DNA of 63,980 nt, filler included, from Conidiobolus incongruus B7586 (taxonomy: Eukaryota): assembly GCA_000697335.1 (NCBI GenBank). It is 16 parts of 16 records of this genome, joined end to end, with 100 filler letters (N's around TTAATTAATTAA, not from the genome) between each part and the next. Parts side by side here need not be neighbours in the genome. Positions count along the whole stretch, not along the records: positions 1 to 9,441 come from JNEM01005727.1; positions 9,542 to 14,794 come from JNEM01005728.1; 14 more parts are not named here. The stretch is one strand, 5' to 3'. The first letter of the stretch is position 1; the number at the start of each line of letters is the position of its first letter. The notes under the pieces are model-generated. The model was not told where the DNA came from, did not search any database, and worked only from the letters and a program-made list of their open reading frames with translations. This document shows, piece by piece, positions 1-13,283 of this stretch. A program made the position numbers and the translations under genes.

Positions 1-803
1 ATGGCCCATTTAATTTGGATAAACACTTCAGGATTCACAGGCCCTACCCCGTTGAAGTATACGAGACCATATAATACAATGACAAATATATCGCCAATAA
101 GAAGATACCAAATACCCCCGTCCAATCCAATTGAATTCATATAGCCTTCAGGATCAGTCCACCAATGAGGTAAAGGAGCATTCGATACAAATTTAGTAGC
201 CCTGACCCTGCGTCGAATGAGAGCAATAGTCATCGGAAAAGCGACCAAATGAGTGAATATATCCACCCACAATACGGTTGCAAACACTTCTGGAGGGAAT
301 GCAACAAGACAAAAAGTAGCTACTCCAACCATGGATTGCATATAAAAAATTAAAACTGTAGCAATTGCAGTTTTACCAAGTGTAATGAATAACCCATAAA
401 ACAGAATATTTAACCATTTTATCAACTTCTGATGTCTCATAGTTTCTTCTCTAATAATACAATGAAACTTGTAAGCCACCTGAGCATCCATCAAAATAAT
501 GCCCACAAAATAGGCTACATAGTTGAAGTAGCCTTTAAAATAACAATCTGTAACCCAAAAGTAATCCGATACACGACATAGATGACACCCTACAGCGCAA
601 GTTGTCTGGAAAAGATGTAAGTGATGGATCCAGTGTCCTGGCTTCTTAAAGTACATCTTCATGGCATTAATCCAGCAGTTAGCATGCACGATAAAAGTAG
701 CTGAAAAAACAATCATAGCCATATTGAGCATCAAATACCATCCTTGTTCAATTTCTAAAGGAATTAGAGTTTGAGGACCTTGACTCACCAAACTAATAGT
801 CAT
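1..803 (-). CDS. 7-transmembrane GPCR-like membrane protein, 3' end runs off the window
   Basis: Hand translation from ATG at 803 gives 267 stop-free codons to the window edge (MTISLVSQGPQTLIPLEIEQGWYLMLNMAMIVFSATFIV...PEVFIQIKWA). Six hydrophobic segments plus the start of a seventh; Cys at the top of TM3 (VTDCYF) and in the TM4-TM5 loop (TFCLV). TATATAAATAGG at 865-854. Absent from the ORF track because it has no stop inside the window. Confidence 0.8.
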   Translation of the reverse strand, partial: MTISLVSQGPQTLIPLEIEQGWYLMLNMAMIVFSATFIVHANCWINAMKMYFKKPGHWIHHLHLFQTTCAVGCHLCRVSDYFWVTDCYFKGYFNYVAYFVGIILMDAQVAYKFHCIIREETMRHQKLIKWLNILFYGLFITLGKTAIATVLIFYMQSMVGVATFCLVAFPPEVFATVLWVDIFTHLVAFPMTIALIRRRVRATKFVSNAPLPHWWTDPEGYMNSIGLDGGIWYLLIGDIFVIVLYGLVYFNGVGPVNPEVFIQIKWA

Positions 804-3762
804 ACTGTAATGAATTTTATAATTTTAAAGTGATCTATCAAAGTCCATATCCTCCTATTTATATACAATTGATAAAAATCTTTGATTTTATCACAAATCA
901 CGATGTTGATAGGTACCCTAAAATCTTGACAAAAATCTGCCCCTAGTTCATATTTAGACAAATTAGTTATTTAATGGTTTATTGTTTGTTTTAATTATTT
1001 TAGAATTAACTAATATTATTTAATATATAAATAAGAAATAAAGACTATTCTTTTAATAAAAATTTTATACATTATTTGAATGTTATTAATTATATAATTA
1101 TTTTTTTATTCGTATTAAAATTTATTATGTGAATATCACGATAATTTCCAAATATTATTTGATTAAATACTGTTATTATTTGGATTCATCAAGTATAAAC
1201 TCAAAAGGGGTACATATTAGACGTTAATTGATAATAATTTACATAGTTTAAATTAATATTTCCCTTTTAATAATAATAGTCAATTATTATTTATATATTA
1301 TCTAATGTTAATAGCAAATAACTCGAATGAAATTCACATAAATGAATTACGTACTATACACGACTATAATCATTATTGATATTTTACTCTAAAATAAAAA
1401 TAAGGATTTAAAACAAAATAACATTCAAGTACTCTGAACCAAATGTTTCATCTCCCCTTATCTATTATTTAAGGATAATTGAAGATATTATTAATTACTT
1501 CTCAACATCCTGGAACTTGCCAAAAATTATTGTTAAATAAATAAACAAATATGAAATATCTGCAAAGTTATTAAGAATACCAAATAGTAAAATGAGTATA
1601 AGTTTATAAAATAATTTTGAATAAATAAAAATTTAATAATTAAATAGAATTTATTAACCCTGATCAATTATTTAGTTAATATAAATTAAAATTAAATAAA
1701 TTTTATTAATTACTTAAGAATAAATAATTAACCGATAATATTATGTTTTATATTATTTAATACTTACTAGTTAATTTTAATCTTTATTAGTTTTTTAATC
1801 TCATGAAATTAGATTGTCATTATATGGTTACTTTTGATAAATAAATCAATTATTAAATATTTGAATCTAATGTATATATACTATTAATAATGCTCAAATA
1901 TAGGTTTCAATTGTTGAATATATTCATTCAATATTGGACGATACACCTAGTAATAATTTGTCAATTGTGATTCAATATCATAATATAATCAACTCAGTAG
2001 ATTCTAATAGTTATTTTTATTATAAACTGCGATATTCATTATTGAAGTTAATAACCATACGAATCAAAATATCAATTAATATACTCAATTATCTCATTCA
2101 CTAATATAATCAATGTGATTAAATTATACTATCAATATACTAAAATTTATTGATTTATTTTTATATAAGATATTATATTAAATTTTATAAAATAATAAAA
2201 TTGATGAATATAATTATAGAAATTCTTTTAACTTTTTTTTATATTCTGATTAAAATTAATTTATTGTAATCATAACTATTTATATATATGTCAATATTTA
2301 AGATATCAAAGCTATATAATTATTATTTATAACAATATTATTATAAAATTAATATATATGAAAATTAATATTTGGTTTTATGTAAATATAGACAACCTTT
2401 TTATTTATCTAATAAATTTATTATACAAATTATTTATGATTCATTAAATCAAATAAGCAAACCAAATTATATCAGATCAATAAAATAAATCAATCATTTA
2501 ATATATATGCTAATTTATTAACATAATACGAGTGATATATTTATGAGATTATTTTATATATTACGAAATAATAGTAGATGCCATCAGATCATAATATTTG
2601 AAAAGTTAAGCAAACATCGTGAGACTGATCATATATCAAATAAATGAAAAAATTAGAATGGTATATAATTAATAAAAATTTATATTTACACTTGTATTAA
2701 TAAATTTTTTTTGAAATTTGAAGATGTAATTTTTTATTTAAATAATGGTTTTGTTTGGATATTGCCATAAATGATATAGTTTAATTAATATGATTAAATT
2801 GCTTATTATATAATGATTGCTCCTTTAAACAAATAAATATAGCTGTGATTATTCAAAATTAAAATTAAAATAAAAAATTCATCAAATGATTCAATTCCAG
2901 TAAAATTTTAAATTATATTAATCACCTAATAAAGAAATTATTCAATATAAATATAATTATTTTATTTTATCAATGATGTTAAAATTATTTCGATTATTAA
3001 TACATGGTTATTTGAAAATTTAAATCAAATCTGTTTTATATTGATTGAAGTCCATTTTTAATTATATGACTATTATTCAATATTTAACTCAAACCTTGTA
3101 TAAATAGTTAATATTATGCAAAAATTTATAATTTCTCAATTTAATAAATAGAATAAATAAATTATATTTCTTGATTAATTATTATATAAATTTAACTAAT
3201 TCAAGATTAATAATATATTAAAAAATTATATTATATACATGGATGTGTAATCCAAATTTTTAAGTTTAGTTGGTATACAATTATTCACAATACAATGTTG
3301 TAAAATATTATACTGTTATACGATTTCAAAGATATGGATATATTTTCTGAAAGCAATAGTAATAATTACTGTTTTTAATTTTTAAAGTCAACAAGAATAC
3401 TATTGATTATTCCATATTTATATTTTAACAAAAAAATTTAATCAATTACATAATACTAATAATTGTAATTATAAAATAGCTAAACTGATAATCTGTATAA
3501 TATCATTTTTAAATAGTCAATAAAGTAATTACTCATTTATAAAATAATTTAATAAATAAAAATTATGCAATATGAAGCAAATACTTTCCAAAATGTGAGT
3601 AATTCAAATCATATTAATATTGATATCATCAAATATATAATGATTTTACCCCCCCCCCCACTCATTACACTTTAATAAATATATTATAAATATAAATTAA
3701 TATAAAATTTTTATCAATTCATATTTGATAGTGTGTGAATTGAATATAGTTATATCCCATAT

Positions 3763-4862
3763 TTATAATATTTCTAATTCAGGAGGAGGATATATACCAG
3801 AATTATATTCATTTCTATACTTGTAATATAAATCTTTAACACTTTGTATATATTGCTCGTGAACTTGAGCTACCAATTGATCGGAAGGGTTACCATTCTG
3901 TTCAATATGTACAGGCTTTCCAACTATAAAATTAATCAGAAATTATAAAATCAATATTAATTAAATTAATAAACCTTACCCACAACTGTTATTTTGTGAC
4001 TATAAGGAAAAGGACCCCAACTATTGGTTAAAAATCCTCTACCATAAAAAATCATGAATCTAACTCCAAATTTTTCAAAAAATAATTTTTGAATTGGGTG
4101 TAAAAAATATTTCGCAGTTTGCGATATTTTATATGTGTTTAGTTCTCCAAATCCTATCACAGGTACTAGTTGAGCTCTATATAATATTTAGTTAGATGAC
4201 TATAATGTAACTGAATTAGTATACCCTGATTGAATTGCAAGTTTCACGAATCCTAACCGATTCTTCAACACTAATTTCATTTTTCTTTCTCCAGTATGCA
4301 AAGCCTCAGCTCCTCCACCCACTACAATTGCAACACTACGAGGATTTTGAGATTTAAGAATGTTTAAAATAGATTTTTTAGAAACTGATGCAAAACCTAA
4401 TCCCAAACCAATTTCTCTAGCTAGTGGAAACCAGAAGTTAAAATTCACACTTAATAATGTGACGTCGATACCAGGAAATAGTTTTTGAAATTCGGGATTC
4501 ACACCACCAAAAGTACCTTGAGCTCCATAAGCTATCACTCCATGAGGATGATATCCAAATATATATTTCTTAGTGGGATCAAGCTCAGCATCACGTACCA
4601 AACTCATGTTGAAATAATTTCTTATATATTGAAATAATGGGAGTTTATGCATCCAAGAAATTTTATAACCTCCAGTTTGATGTAAATCTGTCCAGTAAAC
4701 ATGTAGAAAATAAGGTAACATCCATATCCAATTCATGGGGAATAGTGCAAGGAATAGGGTAGTGAATACACTTCCAAATAGGAAAACATTTAGCCAAAGT
4801 GTACTTAAAAATTCTATTAATTTGGGATCATTATTCAATTTGCTATTAATTTTTAATTTCAT
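3763..4862 (-). CDS. DGAT2/MOGAT-family (DAGAT) acyltransferase, copy 1, 3 exons
   Basis: Exons 4862-4225, 4176-3980, 3923-3763 with GT-AG introns (CTAAC branch site in intron 1). Motifs FGYHPHG, IVVGGGAEA, RLGFVKLA, GAQLVPVIGFGE, VVGKPV, HEQY. Ends ...PPPELEIL-stop. Confidence 0.93.
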
Positions 4863-6128
4863 CTTTTATTTATTTATTTTTTTTAAAAAAAAGGAATTAA
4901 AAAATTTTTTTTACATTATTTATCCTTTTATATCCTAAAATTTTATTTATTAATTAAACTTAAATAATAAAAAAATTAATATGGGATAATATATATAATA
5001 TAATTAACTAATTAAATTTAAGTTTATTTACACTAAATATTAGATAAATTAAGTATTTGTTAAATTTAATAATATTTGAAGCATTTAGATGTTTTGTGTT
5101 AGTTATTTAGGTAAATTATAAAATCTGATAATATAGATTGATGTAATAAAATTATAACAAATGATCAAAGTCATTTTATGTTAATAAAAATTAAACAAGC
5201 ATTAGAAATAATGAAATTGAGGTTGAATTCAATGAGGAATTTAAATAATATCTGGTTATGATACATATTTGGAAGTTCACAATGATTCTTTTTTTGTAAA
5301 GAGTATGACCAAAGAAAATTTGATTTGTTTTAAGAGGTATAATAAAATAAATGTAACTAACAATTAATTATAAAAAAGACAAAATTTAAAAATAATCTTT
5401 TAGTATTTTTATAATCTGTAATCAAATTAATTTATTCTTATTGTTTGGATTTAAAAAGAATGTACTAAAATTTTCCAATTTATAATGTTTATTGAAAGAA
5501 TTTAATCCAAAATTTAAAATATCTCAAATATTTTAAGATTATAACTGTTATTAAAGTAAAAATTGGAATTTTTTATATAAAAATATATAAACAGTTGGAA
5601 GTTTATCATATATAATTAATATAACTATTATATAAGTTTAGCATTTGGCCTAATAATATAATAATAATAATATTATGATATAGTTGAAGGAGCAGTTCAA
5701 TAGCAGTCGTATATTGCATTTAAGAATTATATTAATAGACTTTTTTTAAAATATTTTGTATTGTTTATTTTATCTGATCATATTGTTTTTGGTCTATACA
5801 TTCTCAAAAACTTTTATACTTGTACTCGAATTTGTATAATTTCTGATCATTTCATTTAAAATTCACACTTAATTTTGTCACAACATTTTTGTGCTAATTA
5901 GTAGATTATTAGTATGTATGCTCAGCAATGATTTATGGTACATCATGAAAAAGATGATATTATCTCAAAATCCTTCACAAAAAATAGGAATATCTTGTGA
6001 ATATTGTAATACCAAAATATCAAAAATTTTAATAATTAATACTCTCGCACCAGTAGATATTTTGAATTTGTTTAATTATAGATAATTAAAAAATATTTAA
6101 CTTGTTTTCACAATTCAAACGGAAGAAA

Positions 6129-7218
6129 TTAAAAAAACCTCAATTCAGGAATTGGCAAGGGTCCAACATGGTATTTCTCTTTATGCTTATCGTAAAGAGC
6201 TTTCAAACTATTACAATACTCTTTATGCAATTGGATTACTTCTTCGTTTGTAGGGTTGGAATTTTTCTTCACAGAAATTGGTGCACCAACTAAAGTATGT
6301 CAATCAACAGCACAGTATATTTTAGATATAAATGCTTACCAACTACCGTAATTTGTTTTTTATATGGGAACATTCCCCAACTACCATCTTTAAACCCTCT
6401 ACCATAGAAAAGTGGAAGTCTGAAGCCTCCTAGCTTACATAACTTTTGAAAAGTGTCATAATAATAATTTCCAGTTGGAATCCATGCACTGAAAGCACTT
6501 GTTTCACCAAAACCATAAACAGGGACAAGCTCAGCTCTATTGAAAATAATAAAGGTTATATTCCTGTGAATTAAATCTGGTATTAATTTTACCCTGTTTG
6601 AATAGCTATTTTGATAAAACCATATCTCTTGTCCAATACCAAATCAGCTATATGATCTTGAGCATATAATGACTCTGCACCACCTCCAGGTACTAGGACA
6701 CAACTACTTCCTGGGCCGCGTGTGAGTAAGTGCGTGATAGAGCGTTTGGACACGGAGCAAAATCCCATACCCAAGACAAGTTCACGATGGATAGGTACCT
6801 TAAAGTTAGCATTTAGGGTAAGGACAGTGATATCAATACCTGGGAACAATTCACTAAATTTGGGATTGGTAGTACGGAACGTACCCTGACAACCAAAACC
6901 CCAGATACCGTGAGGATGATATGCAAATAAATAGTTTTTAGAAGGATCTAACTCTTTTTCACGAATCAATTCCATTTTGAAATACTTTCTAACGCACTTG
7001 TGCCAGATATTATCATACAACCAAGATATGCGACGCCCTCCTCTTTCGTGAATATCATCAAAATAAATATATATTATATATGGAATAAGCCATATATAAT
7101 TGATAGGATTTAATAGTAAGATTGCCAACAAGGTACTGTTAAAAATAAACATAATTGCAAGTCCTCCAGCCACACACATAGTAAACTTTTCATTTAACTG
7201 GTTTTTATATGAGCTCAT
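6129..7218 (-). CDS. DGAT2/MOGAT-family (DAGAT) acyltransferase, copy 2, 3 exons
   Basis: Exons 7218-6593, 6536-6340, 6289-6129; intron positions and phases are the same as in copy 1. Motifs FAYHPHG, LVPGGGAES, RYGFIKIA, GAELVPVYGFGE, VVGAPI, HKEY. TATAAATA at 7286-7279 supports the ATG at 7218. Confidence 0.93.
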
Positions 7219-7971
7219 CTTTATTTTGAATAAATTTAATGAAAACGTGATTTTAGTGACTTTAGACCCCACTCACTCTATTTATATTAATTTAATGTTT
7301 CATATTTCAATAAAAAAATTTTTAATACTTTATAAATTCAATTTATTTTCATGTGAAAAGCATGATTTTTAAACCAAACATAAGTGTCATTAATTTAGTT
7401 TTATAATTTAAAAAAGAATCTTTAAACTTTAATGGATATAAAAATTAAAAAATTATATAATTTTAATAATTTTATTATAATGAAGATGTTTAGAATGACT
7501 ATTTGTAATCATATTAATTAAAATGGATTATCAAGTTAAACTTGTTCATTTATTATAATTATTTTTATATTTATTTTAATATATTTAAGTGAATAATGAG
7601 GTTAAAATTATTAGATTCAAATTTATAAACAAGTAGAGTAATTAAATAGGCAATAGTAAAATAAAATTATATCTCATAATATTTTGCAATTTCTTAAACA
7701 ATTTTATATAAATTAATAATTATATTATTTATAAAATTTAATTGATATTGTTATATTAATTTATTAAGTTCAACATTCAGTACATTTTCAATCCAATAAT
7801 AAGGTTATTTATTCTAATTTTTACAATAGAATAATAATTTAAAGTAAAATTTTTTGAAAAGTATCAAATTCAGTTATTTTGATCAAAAATTATTATGATT
7901 CTAATATATCTGAATCAATTGCAATATTATTAATGTAATATTACTTAAAAGACCATATTAAATTTATGTAT

Positions 7972-8218
7972 TATCACCAGTCAGGTGACTGCTTTCTACC
8001 CAAGTATCCTTACATCAACCTAATGTTAAAGTCATTTCCCCCTCACATACCATCTTCTCTCGCACTAAATTTAATTGGCCGATGATGCAAGTCACCGGAG
8101 AATCTCATGAATCACCTTACCCAACTCACTCTATATAAAACCCGGAATTAGAGCTAACCTCAGCAGGAAGAGTTCGATCTGGGTCCTCCCAGCTAATCAA
8201 CTAAAACCAATAAACTCC
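7972..8218 (+). mobile_element. Truncated solo LTR, same family as 37806-38134
   Basis: GC-rich island that aligns by eye to the reverse complement of about 37890-38134, e.g. shared CATGAATCACCTTACCCAACTCACTCTATATAAAA. Starts TATCAC (TGTCAC in the other copy). Contains a TATA box followed by AATAAA. Confidence 0.7.
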
Positions 8219-9441
8219 ATATCTTATTCGAATTTTAAATGATATGGATTTAATGATTTTATTATATTATTCTTTCCCAATAGTTTTCACTTTATATAAT
8301 CATAGTTTTAATAAAACAAAATTTTATTGTTAAACAAAACTATTTCATTGATATTATTTTATTTGATTTAATTAATATTAATGGTTTGATAATTAATTAT
8401 AGCCATATTTTATATAAATAGTGATTTCTAGAGAAAAAGAAATTATATTATTCTCACAAAAACCATATAACTGAAAAATTTACTAAAATTTAATAAAAAA
8501 TATATATTAAAATACATTATTACCCATAGTATTAAATATTAGCTTTTGAATAAAAGTTAATAATTAGTAATTATACACAATATATTTGAAAGTTTTATTT
8601 AAACTAGTTTAACAAATTTTTAGCTAAAAGATCAAATAAAAAAGTCTTTCTGATTTTTTAAATTATTCACTAATAATTATAAATAAAATTATGAAAATAT
8701 TCGAATATTGTTAATATTTATGAGTGAAAGTTATAAAAAAACTAAATAACTTAATATTGGTTGTTTTTTAATATTATTAAACGGTACTGAAATAATTTTA
8801 AAAATCAGGAATATAAATTTTTTAAATATAAATAAATGACCAAATGAAAATAAAAGTTATATCCACTATGTTTTAGGATTATTATATTAATTATTTTTCT
8901 AAGACTAATAAAGCTATAGAAATTTAATCTATTATTAATCCTTGTATATAACTTATCAAATAATAAAAACAAAGATTAAATTAATAAATTCTAATATTTA
9001 TTTTAAATATACTAACAATAATGGTTAAAAATTCAAATTTTGTTTTAAGATATAAATATTTATAATCCTTAATTCCACCAAAAATTACCAAAAAATAAAC
9101 TATAATAGCTATAAAAATAAATAATTTTTAAATATTATTAATTAATATAACTAAAATTAAAATATAAACCAAATATTAAAATAAACTATTATTTTATATT
9201 ATTAACTCAAATTTTCAAATTTGGTTTAATAATTATGATTCAATAATATTGATATCTTAATTTATTAAATTAGTTTATCAATATATTTATTAGCAAAAAA
9301 AGCTCTTTTTTTGATAATTATATTAAAAAAAGATAACTTATTCTATATCTTTATTATTATATCAATAATTCAATTTTTTTATAATAAAATTATAAATTAA
9401 TAAATTATTTAGCTTTTGAAAATTATTTATTGATTTTCTTT

Positions 9442-9541
9442 NNNNNNNNNNNNNNNNNNNNNNNNNNNNNNNNNNNNNNNNNNNNTTAATTAATTAANNN
9501 NNNNNNNNNNNNNNNNNNNNNNNNNNNNNNNNNNNNNNNNN
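9442..9541. other. Assembly gap with artificial six-frame stop linker (first of 15)
   Basis: N-run + TTAATTAATTAA + N-run, 100 bp in total. The same structure starts at 14795, 15970, 17084, 18612, 19713, 21574, 23098, 24456, 34163, 38926, 44198, 52483, 57041 and 62640. Confidence 0.97.
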
Positions 9542-10141
9542 ATTGTCACTGTATTACCAACCAAATACTTCTTTCCATCTAAAATCTTATTCAGATATTC
9601 CAAGTTTCTGTTGATTTGAGCTTCAAATCCAGCTGCAATAGCTTGATCATTATTGGGGTTAAAATATTGGGGAAGGAAGACACCAAGGATGGGACTGATC
9701 AAGCTAGATTCTCCAAATAGAATATATTGCATAATTTGTGACATTTCATTTTTGTTAGTTCCAAGCAAAGTAGTGTCAGATTTGGCATTGGCAACTATTC
9801 AATGTTAATATTATGAAAATTAATTAGTTATAATCATCCTTACCATGAAAGAGGATAGCAGCACTTTCACTAAGGAGAAGACCATCAGAGGTTTCAAGGC
9901 CAGGAGATTGGCCTAAAGGGAACTTTTCAATATATTCAGGAGCACGAGTATCAACACCAACTTGGAATCCAGGAGTGGTTTCAAGTTCAATTCCATTGAA
10001 TTCAGCAGCAATTAAAGCTTTGACAGGGCGAGCGTTGTGTTGGGTAGGACCATATAATTTCTAATTAATCAATTAATTAGTTATATATATATATATATAT
10101 ATCATAATATTGAAATATACTAATCTTACTCCGAAAGCCAT
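9542..10141 (-). CDS. eEF1B-gamma-type glutathione S-transferase-fold protein, copy 1, 3' end lost in gap
   Basis: Exons 10141-10130, 10060-9844, 9794-gap. Spliced: MAFGKLYGPTQHNARPVKALIAAEFNGIELETTPGFQVGVDTRAPEYIEKFPLGQSPGLETSDGLLLSESAAILFHVANAKSDTTLLG...YLVGNTVT. KFPLG-x-x-P, ES-x-AI and YLVG-x-x-x-T are typical of the EF1B-gamma GST domain. TATAAATA at 10211-10204. Confidence 0.88.
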
Positions 10142-12558
10142 TTTTCAAAAGTATTGATGATTAATATTATTGTGTTATAAATATCGCTAAGGTAAAAAGT
10201 GCCTATTTATACAAAAGTTGAATGATGTAACACCATCAAAATAGGTTACATAAACTTGGTTTTTTCCATATTCGAGATCTTTGATTAATAATAATAAAGA
10301 AGTATTTTATAAAACTCTTTTGCTTGTGAATTTTCTCATTTACACAATTTCACAATATCATCTTAATTGATACTAATTAATCATCAAAGCATATAATAAT
10401 TCAACTTCATGCCATTTGAGATATATTTATGTTACTTTTGCTCTTAGTAAAATATTTATTTATCTAAATCATATTATATTCAATTATAGTAAAATAAACA
10501 ACCTATATTGGATACATTGTAAATATAATAATTTCAAGACATTTTTAGATATTTTCTTTTCAATATGTGAATCGCCTGATTGTTCAAAAATAATAAATTC
10601 ACACTAATTTTGTGATGATTACTAGCCCGACATATCTAATTTTATGCATACATTTGAAAATTGGAAAATATTAATATTTATTAATGTTTACTATTCATTA
10701 AATTTCCAATATACCTATAATATTATCAAAAATTATTTATATTGGTTTATTCCATTTAGTTGAACTTTTTCAATTATATTATAGAATATATCATATATAT
10801 AATATTTCACTATATTTATCCAATCAAAATTTAAATTAAATCCATGAATCAAGTCATTAATATGCATACAATTTATAACATACTATATAGTATATTGAAT
10901 CAAACATTAATTGATATACTGTGATTTAATATTTGTTCTAGTATTGTTTATATAAAACCAAATTATTCTATTCAAAGTACTTGATAAATGTTGTATAAGT
11001 TTTTAATAATGATATAAAAAGCATAATTAGCAATTACAAAAATTATTTATAGATTTAAAATATTGAATATTTCGAAATAGACATATAGAATATATCTAAG
11101 TCAATTTGATAATAACTTACATCGATATACATTGTATAATTATCAATTGTTAATTAAAGCTATGCATATTGGTCAAATTGTAGGAACAGTAAATGTGTAA
11201 CTGCTTAAAAATCGGATGTATCAATTAAAAAGATAAACTTGAACCAGCCTTCGACAAATCTGGGATATTACAGTACAAGGGATTGGCTAATAAAATAACA
11301 AAGCTAAACTATCATTTATAATTAGTAAGCAAATATTTACTTTGATAGATTACACTAATTATCTATTAATATCAGCAGTATTTTGGAAGTAATTTGCATG
11401 AAAATATCATCGATTAGTTTTGTGTAAGCCAAATTGATAAATTATTTAGATTGACTAATCTCACTGTTTGTCAAATGTTCAAATATAGAAATCAGCATCA
11501 AATTTTAATATAACGGTTTTTCTCAAGATATTACTTGGCATCTTGAAAATTCTATCATATTATTAATACATATAATTTTCACAACAAGATTTAAGTTTAA
11601 AAAATCTATTATAATCAATTGATATATTTAAATTGAATTGAGGAAATTCTCGTATTACTATAAAAATAATTTAATAAAATATCTGGATTCAAATAAATTT
11701 TTCATTTATTGAATCTTAATTTGCAATTATTGGATCTACCTTAATGAAAATTTTCAAATAATTTATACATAGATATAGTCATAATTAACCAATATTTTTC
11801 GTATCTTAAAATAAAGAATTGGATTTACACTATACACATATTTAATTTAATTATTCAATCAGAAAATTCACTATAAAAAATTCATTTAATTCAATCATTA
11901 TTTGTCAAATTAATATATAAAATTTAAATCAACTGTATTACATATTTTAATTTTATCATATCGTTCAAATTATTGTGTTAAAAAATAGTTATTTCTCCAA
12001 AAGGATCAGAAAAAAAACAATATAGTAACATATATTTATCCAAATGAATGATTGTTTTTATTTTTGTTATTAATTTGTGTTGTTGAAAGTGATTTTAACA
12101 ATATCCACAAAGGTCCAGTATATTCTTTTTTAAATATTAAATTATAAAGAATAAATTAATTGTATATAATAATGCATTTATTCTCTATAAATTTTCATCT
12201 CGTTTGTTGAATATGACCAAAATGATATTTCAAATTATCTGCTAATTATCAATCAAAAATAACAAACGAATACATTTGCTAAAATTTATGTCTGAATGCA
12301 ATTTACTTTTCATAGATAATAATTGGATTATTTCGGTTTGAGTCTGCAATTTTCACTATTTGATAGGGTTGATTTTACGCCTCAATACATTTACCTAACC
12401 AAAAATTCTTTTTTTCAAGTTGATTTGTGATGATATGATTCAGATTTTAATTTGTGGATACTTTAAATTTTTAGTTAAAAGGAGACGAATGGTCTAATTT
12501 TATAGTTAATTAATTAGTATCATATATTATAAACTTGGATCATTATATTTATTTCACT

Positions 12559-13283
12559 ATGACAACAGAAGTAAGTTCAACATAGTATACTGTTATGAAG
12601 ATAATTAATAATAATCTAGAAATTTCGCTATTCAAATGTGCAAAATTTGGCCCCAATCAAAGCTATGATTGCAGCAGAGTTGAACGGAATTGAGTTAGAA
12701 ATTGTTCCAAATTTACAATTTCAAGCTAACCATAATCAAATTAAATTTTTTCCTCAAGTTAAATTACAGAATCCTAGTACCGTAAATGGCTTATTTCCCG
12801 AGAGTGCTTCTATCCTCTATCATGGTAATATTAATTTTTTCCAGTTAATTAAATTATTAATCTTTCCTAGTTGCAATCTGTAAACCCGAAACTACACTAC
12901 TAGGATCAAACAAAAATGAGCTTTCACAAATTTTACAATACATAATATTCGGGGAATCTAGCTTAATCCCTTCAATCCTGGGATGCTTTCTTCCACAGCT
13001 GTTTAATCCAAATAATGACGAAGAAATCCAAAATCAACTTGAATCTCAATTAACAAAAAACATGGAATATTTAAATCAAATTTTAGATGGAAAAAAGTAT
13101 TTAGTTGGGAATTCGGTGACAATCGCAGATATCAATACCTTCTGGAATCTTTTACCTGGATTCATCAAAATCTTCACACCTCAAACAAGGCAAAAATATT
13201 CAAATGTTACAGCATATTTTCAATATTTGTCCGAATTACCTCAATTTAAAAAATTTGTTGGTGAAATTTTTTATCTTGAATAA
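12559..13283 (+). CDS. eEF1B-gamma-type GST-fold protein, copy 2 (GST domain only, 209 aa)
   Basis: Exons 12559-12570, 12620-12824, 12871-13283 (630 nt, in frame) with the same intron positions as copy 1. Motifs ESASILYH, YLVGNSVTIADI, YSNVTAYF. Stops straight after the GST C-terminal domain. Confidence 0.85.

Noticed and set aside
8145..8190. GAGTTCGATC resembling a tRNA B-box or SINE head
   Set aside because: No cloverleaf can be formed; it lies between the TATA box and AATAAA of the LTR-like repeat.
9486..9497. Recurring palindromic TTAATTAATTAA, superficially like a regularly spaced repeat array
   Set aside because: Always centred in a 100-bp N gap; it is an artificial six-frame stop linker, not biological.
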